A DNA stretch of 64,000 nucleotides from Octopus vulgaris. Taxonomy: Eukaryota. This document shows positions 1 through 12,064 of this stretch, piece after piece. The stretch covers positions 63,798,001 through 63,862,000 of the forward strand of contig OX597823.1 in the NCBI GenBank assembly GCA_951406725.2. The letters run 5' to 3'. The translations under genes were made by a program, and so were the position numbers. The notes below the pieces were generated by a model that had not been told where the DNA came from, did not search any database, and saw nothing but the letters and a program-made list of their open reading frames with translations. Within the stretch, counting starts at the first letter, position 1. Each line of letters begins with the position of its first letter.

Positions 1-31
1 GATGAGGTTTGGGGGGTCAGTAAGAACTCAC

Positions 32-82
32 TAGCTTAGCGCTGGTAAGTTCATATTCCATCAACAGTGCTTTGCATTGTGT
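32..82 (-). CDS. Candidate exon: TQCKALLMEYELTSAKL (gene would continue beyond the window start)
   Basis: Acceptor ttatctgtAG, consensus donor CTA|GTGAGT. 51 nt, phase 0 to 0, open. Confidence 0.55.
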
Positions 83-91
83 CTACAGATA

Positions 92-123
<32 letters not shown>

Positions 124-124
124 G

Positions 125-180
<56 letters not shown>

Positions 181-802
181 GAAAGAGAGGTGGGGGAATC
201 AGTAAAGTGAATTGGTTTCGATGTGGGAATTAATATTGGCTTATGGATAGACATTGTTGTTGCTGTCTCTTAGCCCCAAGTCAGGTCTGGTCCAATCAAA
301 CTGTGGTATTTATATCAGACAGGACTAAACTACTGTTTCCTCACACATGGTGTATGTAAGTGTGTGTGTATATGATATATATATATATATACACACACAC
401 ACACGAACATACATATCTCTACAATCATATATATACATATACATACATATACATACATACACATATATATAACAACAACCAATCATATCTTTATTTTAGA
501 TCACACCTTAAAAATCCAGCAATTGTTTCGATAGCATTAACATATACATACATATATATATACCTACAAATATACATATTCATACATACATATGCATACA
601 TACATATACATACTTATGCATGCATACATACATACAATTACATACTTATGCATACATACATAAAATTAATTGTTATTAATTTTATAGAGACTTAGTAATT
701 TTAATATTTCTATCATACATACATACTTATGCATACATACATACATACTTATGCATACATATACATACTTATGTATACATAGTTTTATACATACATACAT
801 AC

Positions 803-864
803 ATTCCAATGAAGAAGCCTTGGATCTAGGTTAGAAACCAACTCTTTCTCTACTGGCAAGTAAT
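803..864 (-). CDS. Candidate exon: (D)YLPVEKELVSNLDPRLLHWN
   Basis: Acceptor ttttcaatcctatttcaAG, donor AAT|GTatgt. 62 nt, phase 1 to 0. A unique coding-like island between microsatellites, phase-compatible with both neighbours. Confidence 0.55.
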
Positions 865-1049
865 CTTGAAATAGGATTGAAAAATGACATATATACATAC
901 ATACATACATACAAACATACATATATACACAGGGTTGACCAAAAGTCAAATGACAGTAAATCAAAATTCCATAAATACTTAATATTACATAGAAAAATGC
1001 GAGCAAGAGAAATAATATTCTTAAGATAATAAACCTGGAAAATTACAGG

Positions 1050-1843
1050 ACAAGTTATTTGTAAATTTTCTTTGTGCACAGGTGTCCAAATAATCACTAC
1101 ATGGTAAGCATCTAAGTAAGGGATGTTTTATTTGATGTCTGTGCACATTTACCTAGTTGGTTAGTTTCATTTTTGTTTCCCCAATATAACGTTTGTTGCA
1201 TCATGGGCATGTGATACAATATATCAGGTTTTTGGTTTTACAGTTCATATTTGCATTCACTTTTAATCCTTTTCCATTCTTGACTGGTCCCCGTTCTATT
1301 AAATCCCATGTCCTGTATTGGGGGTCACCACATTTGGTAACTTGCATTATTTCTTCCTCAGATGCATATCTTGCTTTGGTTAGAAGTGTGCTTCATGCTG
1401 GTCCTGCTACAATTGGTCTTAATTTAAGATCAGACGGTCTGGGAACCTTAATATAGGGAGTCTGAATGTCCTTCAAACAGTCCTTGATTTCTTTAGATTT
1501 GTGGATTTTTGGAAGACCATAGAAGGTACTGGTTTTTACTTCAAACTTAGTAAGGTAATCTAACTCATTTTTTGTAAGTTCATTTTTATATGTGTTTGTA
1601 AGTTTACTAATCTTATTTAATGTATATCTATCTAGATTATTTTCTAATTTTTTGTAGAAATTTTTTGTTAGGCATAGGAGTGGCTGTGTGGTAAGTAGCT
1701 TACTTATAAACCACATGGTTCCAAGTTCAGTCCCACTGCATGGCACCTTGGGCAAGTGTCTTCTACTATAGCCTCGGGCCGACCAAAGGCTTGTTAGTGG
1801 ATTTGGTAGACGGAAACTGAAAGAAGCCTGTCGTATATATGTA

Positions 1844-1918
<75 letters not shown>

Positions 1919-2390
1919 ATATGTTTGTGTCTGTGTTTGTCCTCCCAACATCGCCTGACAACTGATGCTGGTGTGTTTATGTCCCCGTAACTTAGCAGTT
2001 TGGCAAAACAGACCAATAGAATAAGTACTAGGCTTACAAAGAATAAGTCCTGGGGTCGATTTGCTTTACTAAAGGCAGTGCTCCATCATGGCCACAGTCA
2101 CATGACTGAAACAAGTAAAAGAGTAAAAGAGAAGTGATGGTCATTTAGGTGCTCAAGGGCCATTTTTCTATAATGGAATTTGTCCATTATGACAGTTGCC
2201 CCTCCTTAGTCCACTTCTTTAATAATTATTGACTGATCTTTTTGTAAAGATTCCAAAGCTTCTTTTTCTTCATACGTAATATTTGATTTTGCATGGCCCA
2301 TTGTGATATTGGATTTTGCAGATCTTTTCAGATACATTCTATATTTCTCGAAGTATCTGTTTTTGTTTACTGGAGGTATAAAGCTTGTCT
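1050..2390 (-). mobile_element. Decayed, internally deleted Penelope-like element (RT N-terminus fused to GIY-YIG endonuclease), split by a SINE
   Basis: SNITYEEKEALESLQKDQSIIIKEVD (2206-2290) and FYGLPKIHK...LRPIVAGP (1393-1660) are Penelope RT motifs. CKTKNLIYCITCP*CNKRYIGETK (about 1170-1245) is the GIY-YIG motif. Contains stops. Confidence 0.85.
1671..2131 (+). mobile_element. tRNA-derived SINE, family A (full length, internal (TG)n/(TA)n)
   Basis: Head ggcataggagtggctgtgtggtaag, B-box-like gttcagtccc, ccttgggcaagt core, tail gactgaaacaagtaaaagag. Many copies in the window. Confidence 0.88.
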
Positions 2391-2543
2391 GATGTATGTA
2401 TGCATTTATGTGTGTATGTGTGTGTGTGTGTGTGTGTGTGTTACTGATTTGTAGCCTTGATAGGTGCATGATAGTTGCATACAGATCATTGTCATGCTAG
2501 CAGTGTCCTTTGTTTCTGATCTTCTGTGAAAACATGTCAAGTC

Positions 2544-3090
2544 ATCATCATCATCATCATCGTTTAACATCTGCTTTCCATGCTAGCATGGGTTGGACGA
2601 TTTGACTGAGAGCTGGCAAACCAGATGACTGCACCAGGCTCCAATCTTGATCTGGCAGAGTTTCTACAGCTGGATTCCCTTCCTAACGCCAACCACTCCA
2701 AGAGTGTAGTAGGTGCTTTTACATGCCACCGGCATAGGGGCTAGTCAGGCAGTACTGGCAATGACCTCGCTCAAATGTTTTTACACATGCCACCGGCACA
2801 AGTGCCAGTAAGGCGACACTGGTAACGATCATACTTGAATGGTACCTTTTACGTGCCACTGGCATGGAAGCCAGTTAGCTGCTCTGGCAATGATCAGACT
2901 CAGATGGTGCTGTTAGTACCCTACTAGCATGGGGCACAAGTGCCAGTAAGACGGCGCTGGTAATGACCACACTTGAATGGTGCCTTTTATGTGCCACTGG
3001 CATGGAAGCCAGTTAGCCGCTCTGTCAACGATCACACTCGTATGGGGATCTTTGCGCCCCGCTAGCACGGATGCCAGTCATCGAATTTGG
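2544..3090 (-). mobile_element. RTE-LINE 3' UTR fragment with (GAT)n tail
   Basis: Reverse complement of the 3' end at 17520-17688 (ggcgttaggaaggg...aacccatgctagcatggaaag), including the ~55-60 nt gtgccggtggcac subunits. Confidence 0.82.
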
Positions 3091-3814
3091 CAAAAGGAAT
3101 TACCTTACTTGTAAACAGGTAAAGGTTGGTGACAGAAAGGGCATTCTTTGGCCATAGAAAATCTGCCTCAACAAAGTTCATCTGATGCATGGAAAAATGG
3201 ATGTTAAAATGATGATGATGATGATAATACCCATTAGGTCCCATAAAAGTGATAGAACAGGCATGGTTAGAATGCTTTTGATTAAAGGTTCAGTTAGGGT
3301 TGACCAGTGACCAAATAACAATATGTACATATAAATGCAGTCACCTCTCTTGTATATATCACAAGATGCCAGGTAAATGGCAAGGTTTTAGATATACTTT
3401 GCCTGTGGAATAAACAAAACAATTAAAAAAATTATGGTATGGTAACAGCTGGAATGTTTGCAATCATAAGTGGTCTGCATGATTTGTGATGACCTGGGGC
3501 TATAGACATCGCCACCATCACCATCTCTAGCCTATCAATGGTAAAAAAAAAAGCTATTACAATTAAAACAAGTTAAAAGTTTAATTCCTCATTGAATTTC
3601 CTTAAAAAAAAAAAGATGAAATATGTGCGTGTATATATAATGTATACATAAATTAAGACCTAAATTAAACAATGTAAATAACAATAGCTAAAACTGAATG
3701 AGATCAGCCAAAGAGAATATGAAAAAACAAAAACAAAATATAAAACAATAAAATCATTGAGTGGTGTTGAATAATCATTTGAGTATTTTGTGGTTCATTG
3801 AAATTGTTCACTAC

Positions 3815-3848
3815 CTTTCACAAAATCTGAAATTGAAACAAAGAAATC
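3815..3848 (-). CDS. Candidate exon after the GAP domain: DFFVSISDFVK(D) from the upstream acceptor, or IL-stop from the internal acceptor at 3826
   Basis: Long T tract plus aataaAG gives a 34-nt phase 0 to 1 exon with donor AAG|GTagtg. A second strong acceptor, ctttgtttcaatttcAG, gives ATT TTG TGA (3826-3818). Confidence 0.5.
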
Positions 3849-3874
3849 CTTTATTAAAAAGAAAAAAAAAAAAA

Positions 3875-3875
<1 letters not shown>

Positions 3876-3905
<30 letters not shown>

Positions 3906-3929
3906 TATATATACACACATGTATTCACA

Positions 3930-4028
<99 letters not shown>

Positions 4029-4089
4029 GCGCCCACACACACACACACATCTATACATGTACGTACATACACACACATATATATACACA

Positions 4090-4120
<31 letters not shown>

Positions 4121-4362
4121 GTGTGTGTGTATATATATATATATCTACATATATCCATACATCCACATATATAATATATATATGTACATATACAGACACA
4201 TATCTCTACATATATCCGTACATCCACATATATAATATATATATGTACATATACAGACATATATATCTACATATATCCATACATATACACAGACACACAC
4301 ACACACACATATATATACACACACATGTATCTATACATTTACATATATCCATACACACACAC
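3876..4362. repeat. Compound microsatellite (TA/CA/TC) with ~56-nt tandem units
   Basis: Direct reading. The unit atatctctacatatatcc.tacatccacatatataatatatatatgtacatatacagac is repeated. It explains the spurious ORFs here. Confidence 0.9.
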
Positions 4363-5142
4363 AAATGTAATGTCTTAAATGTTTGGTAATTCATTTTCAT
4401 TTTCTAAATTTACATTTTGGTGTGAGTTGGATAAATTTGCAATACACACACACACACACACAGACAAACAATTGATACTCATCTTTGCTCTATTCAAATA
4501 ATTATTGATTTCTCATGTTTAATAAATATTTATAATTGTTTGGTTAAGAAATTCACTTTGCAAACACATGATTATGAATTTGGCTCCAATGTGCAGCACC
4601 TTCAGTGAGTATCTTCTACCATAACTCCCACGCTTGACTCTTTCCACATGAGAGAATTTGATAAATGGAGACTATAAGAAGCCACTCATCTATGTACATA
4701 CGTACGTATGTATGTATGTAAAACGCATCCAATATGCTCTGTTAGATAATTGGAATTAGGAAAGGCATTCAGCTGTAGAAACTATGTCAAAGTAGACATA
4801 GAACTTGGCAGAGTCCTCTGGCTTGTTAACTCCTATCAGCATGGAAAAGAATGATGATGATATATAAAGGAAATTAGCAAAGAGAAATAACTCAGAGTGG
4901 CTGGTGGCATGTATCTTAAAGACAAATGAACATGAATGATAAAATTCTTGATTTATTAAACCATCTCTGATGCTCAAATATATACAACTGGCTACTTCTT
5001 TCAGTACATTTTTGGTTCATTTATGTAAAACATCTAGGCCATAAATGTGTTCTGCACTTCTTTGTGTATGTCTAAGTGTCCCATCTGCTGGAGATAAAAT
5101 ATGACAACTGCTGTGCTGATGATACCTGTTTAAGCAGGAACA

Positions 5143-5375
5143 TGCGGTGAACTGGCAGAAACGTTAGCACGCCAGGCAAAATGCTTAACGGTATTTCGTC
5201 TGCCTTTATGTTCCGAGTTCAAATTCCGTTGAGGTCGACTTTGCCTTTCATCCTTTCAGGGTCGATAAATTAAGTACCAGTTACACACTGGGGTCGATGT
5301 AATCGACAATCCCTTTGTCTGTCCTTGTTTGTCCCCTCAATGTTTAACCCCTTTTGGGCAATAAACAAATAAGAA
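5143..5375 (+). mobile_element. SINE family B (ggcggtgagctggcagaa head)
   Basis: gagttcaaattcc B-box and gcctttcatcctttc.gggtcgataaattaagtacc central domain. Flanked by aacatgc repeats. Confidence 0.85.
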
Positions 5376-5917
5376 ACATGCATCCACATCTGTCCTCTCA
5401 TCTCTAGATAATCAGAATGTCTTTTCCTCAGTAGCATATCAATTTTGGAAAAAATATTTCATTCTTGTGATTATCTTCTCTTCTCATTTGATGATGGTAC
5501 CAACTGCCATCAAGTAACTGCTTAATTTTTTTCTAGAAGTGGAGATCATTAGCATCATCATCATCACTACCACCATTTAATGTCCATTTTCTAGGCTGGG
5601 ATGGTTCGACAGGCATTGGTAAGCCAAAAGAATGTACCGAGTTCCATTTTCTGCTTTGGCATGGTTTCTGCAGTTGGACGCCCTTACTAATGACAGCCAC
5701 TTTATAGAATGTATTAGGTGCTTTTTATGTGACTCTAGTATCAGTGAGATCACTCAGTAAATCACAACACAAGACCCATCAACTGAGCTGAGAGTAGAAC
5801 TGAACAGGGAGTAGTACTGGGGTGGCTTTGTGCCAGGTGGTGAGAGGTTATAATATGAGAGGGGACAGAAAGAGAATTTATCTATGTTATTTAATTAATC
5901 TTTATATGCATGTGTAT

Positions 5918-6149
5918 TTATTTCTTTATTGGCCACAAGGGGCTAAACACAGAGAGGACAAACAAGGACAGACAAATGGATTAAGTCGATTATTTCGACC
6001 CCAGTGCATAACTGGTACTTATTTAATTGACCCCGAAAGAATGAAAAGCAAAGTCGGCCTTGGCAGAATTTGAACTCAGAACATAACAGCAGACAAAATA
6101 CCGCTAAGCATTTCGCCCAGTGTCCTAACGATTCTGCCAGCTCACCGCC
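5918..6149 (-). mobile_element. SINE family B with 16-bp target-site duplication
   Basis: Reverse complement of the 5143-5375 family. TSD ttatatgcatgtgtat at 5902-5917 and 6150-6165. Confidence 0.88.
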
Positions 6150-7242
6150 TTATATGCATGTGTATGTAACTCATTTCATGTGTCTTCATTAACACTGTCA
6201 GTGAGAAAACAGTCTTTGCTTACAATCCCTTGTATGTAAAAAATCATGTAAATTTAGGCTTTGAGATACGAAGACCAGTGGAATGAAAAATATTCCTTAG
6301 TTGGAAAATAGTTATGTGATGGCTACTGAAAGAGTATCCAGCCATAGAGAATCTGCTTCCTCAAATTTCATCTAATCCATGCCAACATAGAAAAAGCAAT
6401 GTAAAACCAAATGAACAAACAAATGAACCAAAGCTGCACTTGTATGAATCATCACGTTCTTAACGTTTAATGCAATCTGCTTTCACTATGAAAAGGAAGC
6501 CTATTTGATGCCAATGAAGGTAGACAACAATTCATTGTGCTTCTTCAATCCAAACAGCCAATTAAAATATATGAGCAAATGAAATAGTTTCTACATGGTC
6601 TCTTGAACTGCTTGAAAGAGCAGCTAAATCTTTCTCAAATGGCACCTTATTGTCTTGAAAGATAAAGTGATGTATCAGGAAATGTAGTCTTAGATATTTA
6701 TAAAAAGGCAGAAAGATTATAACTTGAAAACATTTGATTATGGATTTGTTGATTTAACCTAGAGCAAGAGAACAACAATAGGTTCCTCTATATGGTCACT
6801 TGGCTTGCTGGCAATATCAGTCAAATCTCCCTCACATTACATCATACAATTGCTAAAGATAACAGTACTTATTAGATAATATAGTCCTACATATCTCCCA
6901 AAATTGGGAGTTAATGTTGGAATACCTTTGATCATGGGTTTCCTCAATCAGGGTTGACTTAGGGCTAAATAACAGCACTATCAAAAATTAAAATCCTTAT
7001 AAGAGGCTGATGTTATTTGGATTAAAATGAATTATCTGAAATCTCAATCATCATCATCATCATCATTTAACATCTGTTGTCCATGCTTGCATGGGTTGGA
7101 CGGTTTGACCAAGGCTGGTAAGCTGAAGGACTGCACCAGATTGCAGTCTGATTTGGTATGGTTTCTACAGCTGAATGCCCTTCCTAATGCCAACCTCTGA
7201 GAGTGTAATAAGTGCTTTTATGTATGACCAATGCAGGTACGA

Positions 7243-7430
7243 GTTGTTGTTGTTGTTAAGCAACAAGATGGGTAAGGGTGATTAGGTGATGGTCTAGGGC
7301 TTAGAAGCGGGAGACCCCAGATCTTGGGAAAAAAAAAACTTTGGTCGTCTTGTAGTCGAGGGCTCTTCATTGACACCCGACACCACTGGAAATGGAGATC
7401 TCCAGGTCCAAATTCTTGAATGGCACAGGT
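7243..7430 (-). repeat. Dispersed repeat with (AAC)n tail, probably a retroelement 3' end; second copy at about 56045-56254
   Basis: gttgttgttaagcaacaagatgggtaagggtgattaggtgatgg...tccaggtccaaattcttgaatggc occurs twice in the window. Confidence 0.7.
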
Positions 7431-7565
7431 ACCAGTTGCGTGACACTGGTATCTGCCATGACCATGATTACACTTGACTTGATGGGTCTTCTAAACAAAT
7501 AAAATAAATAAATACATGTATAAAGGTTTGGGGTTGAAGTTACAAGCCATAGAATTTCAACTTAC

Positions 7566-7713
7566 ATTATGATAGTTCTCAATTAAAGTCTGTATAATCC
7601 ATGGTACCAAGACAGCTTGATCTATACTGGTCTGATCATGCCACAAAAGAACTGGTGACCAGCAGACAGCCAAAGAATATGATGACATTATGTTTTCTGG
7701 ACATTCTGATACA
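7566..7713 (-). CDS. RhoGAP exon: VSECPENIMSSYSLAVCWSPVLLWHDQTSIDQAVLVPWIIQTLIENYHN
   Basis: Acceptor ttttcttcttaaaAG, donor AAT|GTaagt. 148 nt, phase 2 to 0. Carries the N.M....LAVC..P.LL and LIENY motifs at the end of the GAP domain. Confidence 0.92.
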
Positions 7714-7788
7714 CTTTTAAGAAGAAAACAAACCAAACACAATTAATAAAAACAAGAAAAACCCCGATAAAAAAAAATAAAGATGAAC

Positions 7789-8064
7789 ATCAGAATTAAT
7801 ACAGTTCTATATTTAAGAGATGAGGAATTATGTACATTATTTACAATTGACAGATATTTGTCCTCCTCTTGTTTGTTGTTAACACATTTTGGCTGATATA
7901 CCCTCCAGCCTTCATCAGGTGTCTTGGGGAAACTTCGAACCTGGGTTCCCATTCATAAGATATTTTTTGATGTTGTTATTATTACTATAGCGTAGTGGTT
8001 AAGAGCGTGGGCTACTAACCCCAAGATTCCAAGTTCGATCCCAGGCAGTGACCTGAATAATAAC

Positions 8065-8110
<46 letters not shown>

Positions 8111-8262
8111 TAAAAAATACTTTAGGAATGAGAACCCAGGCTCAAAATTTCCCTAAGACACCTGATGAAGGCTGGAGGGTATACCAGCCAAAACGTTGTG
8201 TTAACAGTAAACAGAATGAGGACAAATATCTGTTAATAGTAAATAATGTATCAGAATTAATA
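7789..8262. mobile_element. Composite insertion: inverted Penelope-type arms with decayed hammerhead motifs around a tRNA-derived head and (AAT)n; 13-bp TSD
   Basis: Arms about 7832-7967 and 8114-8250 are reverse complements. A-box TAGCGTAGTGG at 7988, B-box GTTCGATCCC at 8033. TSD atcagaattaata at 7789-7801 and 8250-8262. Confidence 0.8.
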
Positions 8263-8554
8263 TTAAACACAATAAGGATCTAGAACACTACCTAAAGAAG
8301 CATCAAGGCATATATTTTGTTTTTGATAACATATAAGACTCTCACTTTTTTTTTTTTTTTTGCAAAGAAGTGTTATAAAAATTTAAAAAAACCCACACCA
8401 GGACCTGTATGTTAAGTTTTTATAAAATGTATTCCGCTTTGGTTTTTCTTGTATGTTTTATTATTGCAATCTTGTTGGGCATTTTCACTATTGTGATTCC
8501 TTGCTTTATGTTCAGCTGTACTTCTTAATTTTCATATCTTCTATCTTTAATTTT

Positions 8555-8945
8555 TATCTGGTTTGTTTCAGTCATTAGACTGAAACACTGCCATGCTGGA
8601 GCACCACCTTGAGGAATTTTAGTTGAACTGACCAATCTCAGAACATATATTCTTTTAAAGCTTGGTACTTATTCTATTGGTCTCTTTTGCTGAACTGCTA
8701 AGTTATGGGATATAAACACACCAATGCCAGTTGTCAAGTGGTGGTGGGACATACACACACATATACAGCTACAAACACACACATGACAGGTTTCTTTTAG
8801 TTTCCATCTACTAAATCCACTTACAAAGTTTTGGTTGGCCCGAGTCTATAGCAGAAAACACTTGCTCAAGGTGCCATGCGATGGGAGTAAACCCAGGACA
8901 ATGTGGTTAGGAAGCAGACTTCTTACCACACAGCCATGCCTGCAC
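8555..8945 (-). mobile_element. SINE family A
   Basis: Reverse complement of the 1671-2131 family. Confidence 0.82.
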
Positions 8946-9789
8946 CTGAGTACATAATTTTTTCCTGCGGTAGCTAAGGTACTTTTGTAATGTTCTCTTA
9001 TGTATCTCTTAGACAGCTTTAAATATTACCTGCTTTAATGCTCAAAAAACTACCTGGCCACATATTATGACCCTGTGCCCTAAGAACATTCCCTGGCAAT
9101 TCCCATCATTCATCTTTCTCTTCCTTACTCTATCATCCCACCTATGCTCTGAACCCCATTCCCTGTGAGTATATCCTGGCACTTCACCATCATCTCTCTC
9201 CTACTCTTTTATCTTGGCCTTATTTTATTCAAATGTAACCCGTTGAATGTTCTCCCATTAGCATCTCCCATTCCATAATTTCTTATATGTTTATTATTGG
9301 AACAGCTGTAAAAACAATCTCAAAACTGACCTCGCTTGTGCTTGTGCCATGTAAAATGCACTTTGTCCACTCTGCAGAGTGGTTGGAGTTAGGAAGGGCA
9401 TTCAGCCATAAAATCCATGCAAAACAGACACAGCAGCCTGGTGTAGTCTTCTACCTGGCCAGCTCCTGTCAAACCATCCAAAGCATGCCAGCACAGAAGG
9501 TGGACATTAAATGATGGTGATGATAATGAAAATGATTAATAGTCTATAAACTTCTGCCCTGAATGTGCACTGCTGAAATTGTCGTCCATTCTTGTGTTGT
9601 TTATGCCATCAAATATGATATATAAATAATATTTATTAATGATGCATCTTGAAGTGAATACATCTATAACTCATAGATTATAATACATTGGGCTAAACAT
9701 TGCTGCAACTTCATACATCTTATGTAATCCAGGCTTGAATCCCAAAGGTAGCTTTCCTACTTTTTTCTAATCAAATGATTTTTGACCCA

Positions 9790-10358
9790 CGTGGCCTATG
9801 CCAAGGGTGTAACAAGTCCACTTATGCATACCTTTCGTTCATTGGACACTATGATTGTGAAGACCTGTTGAGGTAAGTGAAATCGAAATCAAATTTGATG
9901 ACTGGCATCTGTGCTAGTGGAGTGCTAAGAGCATCATCCAAGCATGATCGTTGCCAGAGCAGCTAACTGGCTTCCATGCCGGTGGCACGTAAGAGGCACC
10001 ATTTGAGTGTGATCATTACCAGCGTTGCCTTACTGGCACTTGTGCTGGTGGCACATGAAAAACATTCGAGCAAGGTCATTGCCAGTGCCACTGGACTGGC
10101 TCCTCTGCAGGTGACATGTAAAAAACACCATTTGAGCATGGCCATTGCCAGTACTGCCTGACTGGCTCTCGTGCTGGCGGCACGTAAAAGTACCCACTAC
10201 ACTCTCAGATTGGTTGGCATTAGGAAGGGCATCCAGCTGTAGAAACTCTGCCAGATCAAGATTGGAGTCTGGTGCAGCCATCTGGTTCACCAGTCATCAG
10301 TCAAATCGTCCAACCCATGCTAGCATGGAAAGCGGACGTTAAACGATGATGATGATGA
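9790..10358 (+). mobile_element. RTE-LINE 3' UTR fragment
   Basis: gtgccggtggcac subunit array, ggaagggcatccagctgtagaaac and (GAT)n tail, homologous to the sequence downstream of the RTE ORF. Confidence 0.83.
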
Positions 10359-11648
10359 TACATCATAAGCTGTTATCTGTGGCTATATTTGCTTCAAAAC
10401 ACACTAACAACATGGATCTATTTGGTCAAAAGAGAATCAAGTAGCCTAGACATAAGACTTGGTCAAAATATTACCTGCCAGATGATAAATTGTTATTTGT
10501 TGCACCATAATAGAAGATTACAAATTCTGTGTGGCATGATATATTAATGTGTTGTTGATATTCCCTAAGCATGAAGTTTGTCATGAAATTAATTCAAATC
10601 TGTTTAATTTTTATAAATATTTGGCTGTGAAATATATCTGCGATCAGACAAACCCCAGTGTACAATTTAATAAGTGACAAGTGATGGATGATATGAGTAA
10701 TGTTTGATTGTTAAATAAACTTGATGAATGAAAATGCTATCATAGAAAATTTCATTTTTAAAAAGTGCTGCCAATGTAAGAAGTTTGGAATGCACTGTTT
10801 TATAGAGTGGCCACTTACATACTTATTCTATCAGAGGATACAAACCAGTATTTACCATTTCCAAGGTGACTATTTTAACTGTGTTAACAGTGAACTGTAA
10901 ACTAGACAAGAGCATCAGACAAGAGGCCTTACGTATCTGTTCAAGATTTTAGTGGTCTGAGATAAAAAATCCTTCTCCCTGTTACTGACCCACTCTTCAT
11001 AGAGGAGGGTGAACCTTCACAGAGGCCAGTGTGGTTGTGTGTTTATGAAGATCATTTTGTAACCACCTAGTTTCAGGTTCACTCACACTGTGTAGCACCT
11101 TGGCCAAGTGTCTTCTACTATAACCCTGAGGCAACCAATGCCTTGTGAGTGAATTTGATAGATGGATATTGTAAAGATAGGTTTGGCTAGTGTATCAGTT
11201 GAGAGCTTGGAGAACCAGCAAGGGATCGAAGACTATCTGCTAAGCCTTTCCCTAAAAGAGAAAAGAAAAACCTCATTATCAACTTGAAATTTGAGAGGAA
11301 CCCACCTCTCATAGCCTGAAAGCTGTTGCATTCTGCCTTACCAAATTTATCTGAGGTACTGGATCCTACATTTAAACAGGATAAGCATTAGGATAGAGAA
11401 AAAAAAACAAAAGAAAAAATACTATTTTAACTGTATCATTACTGTCATAAAAAACACACACCACTTTTGAAAACACAAAAAAAAAACATAAATAAACAGG
11501 TGTGGCTGTGTGGTAAGAATTTTGCTCCCCAGCCACATGATGCCAGGTTTAGTCCCACTGTGTGGCACCTTGGGCAAGTGTCTGCTACTATAGTCTTTGG
11601 CCAACCAAATCTTTGTGAGCGGATTCAGAAGAAACTGTAAGAAGCTTG

Positions 11649-11692
<44 letters not shown>

Positions 11693-11957
11693 CTCTGTGT
11701 GTGTGTGTGTGTGTGTGTGTCTGTTCCCTGATCACCACTTGACAACCGGTGTTGGTCCTTTTACATCCCCACAACTAAGCACTTCAGCAGAAGTGGAATT
11801 CCAAACATGCTTTGTCTTGTTAGGTTTTTCTTCAGCGAAGCACAAATTACACCAAGCTTGCCAAAGGGAAAAATGAGAGAATGACTAAGTAAATGTAGAC
11901 AACGATTGCTAATAGTAAATCTACATGATGAGAACTTACAGAAAATTAAGAGACTTA

Positions 11958-11992
<35 letters not shown>

Positions 11993-12064
11993 CCCACAAA
12001 AACGGTTTGATTGTATTTACACTATCCAAGAAACACTAAAATTAAAAGTCATGTGACCATGTCA

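Noticed and set aside
5112-5390. CTGATGA plus hairpin plus GAAC, possibly a hammerhead split by the SINE
   Set aside because: GAAA is incomplete and stem III is mismatched. It could be chance.
5428-5532. Alternative terminal exon on minus (KKIKQLLDGSWYHHQMRREDNHKNEIFFPKLICY*) with AATAAA near 4952
   Set aside because: Phase-compatible, but the acceptor is weak and the peptide has no resemblance to a GAP domain end. The 3848/3826 site fits better.
7988-8055. Possible tRNA gene
   Set aside because: A and B boxes and an anticodon-like arm are present, but there is no acceptor stem and it runs into (AAT)n. It is a SINE head.
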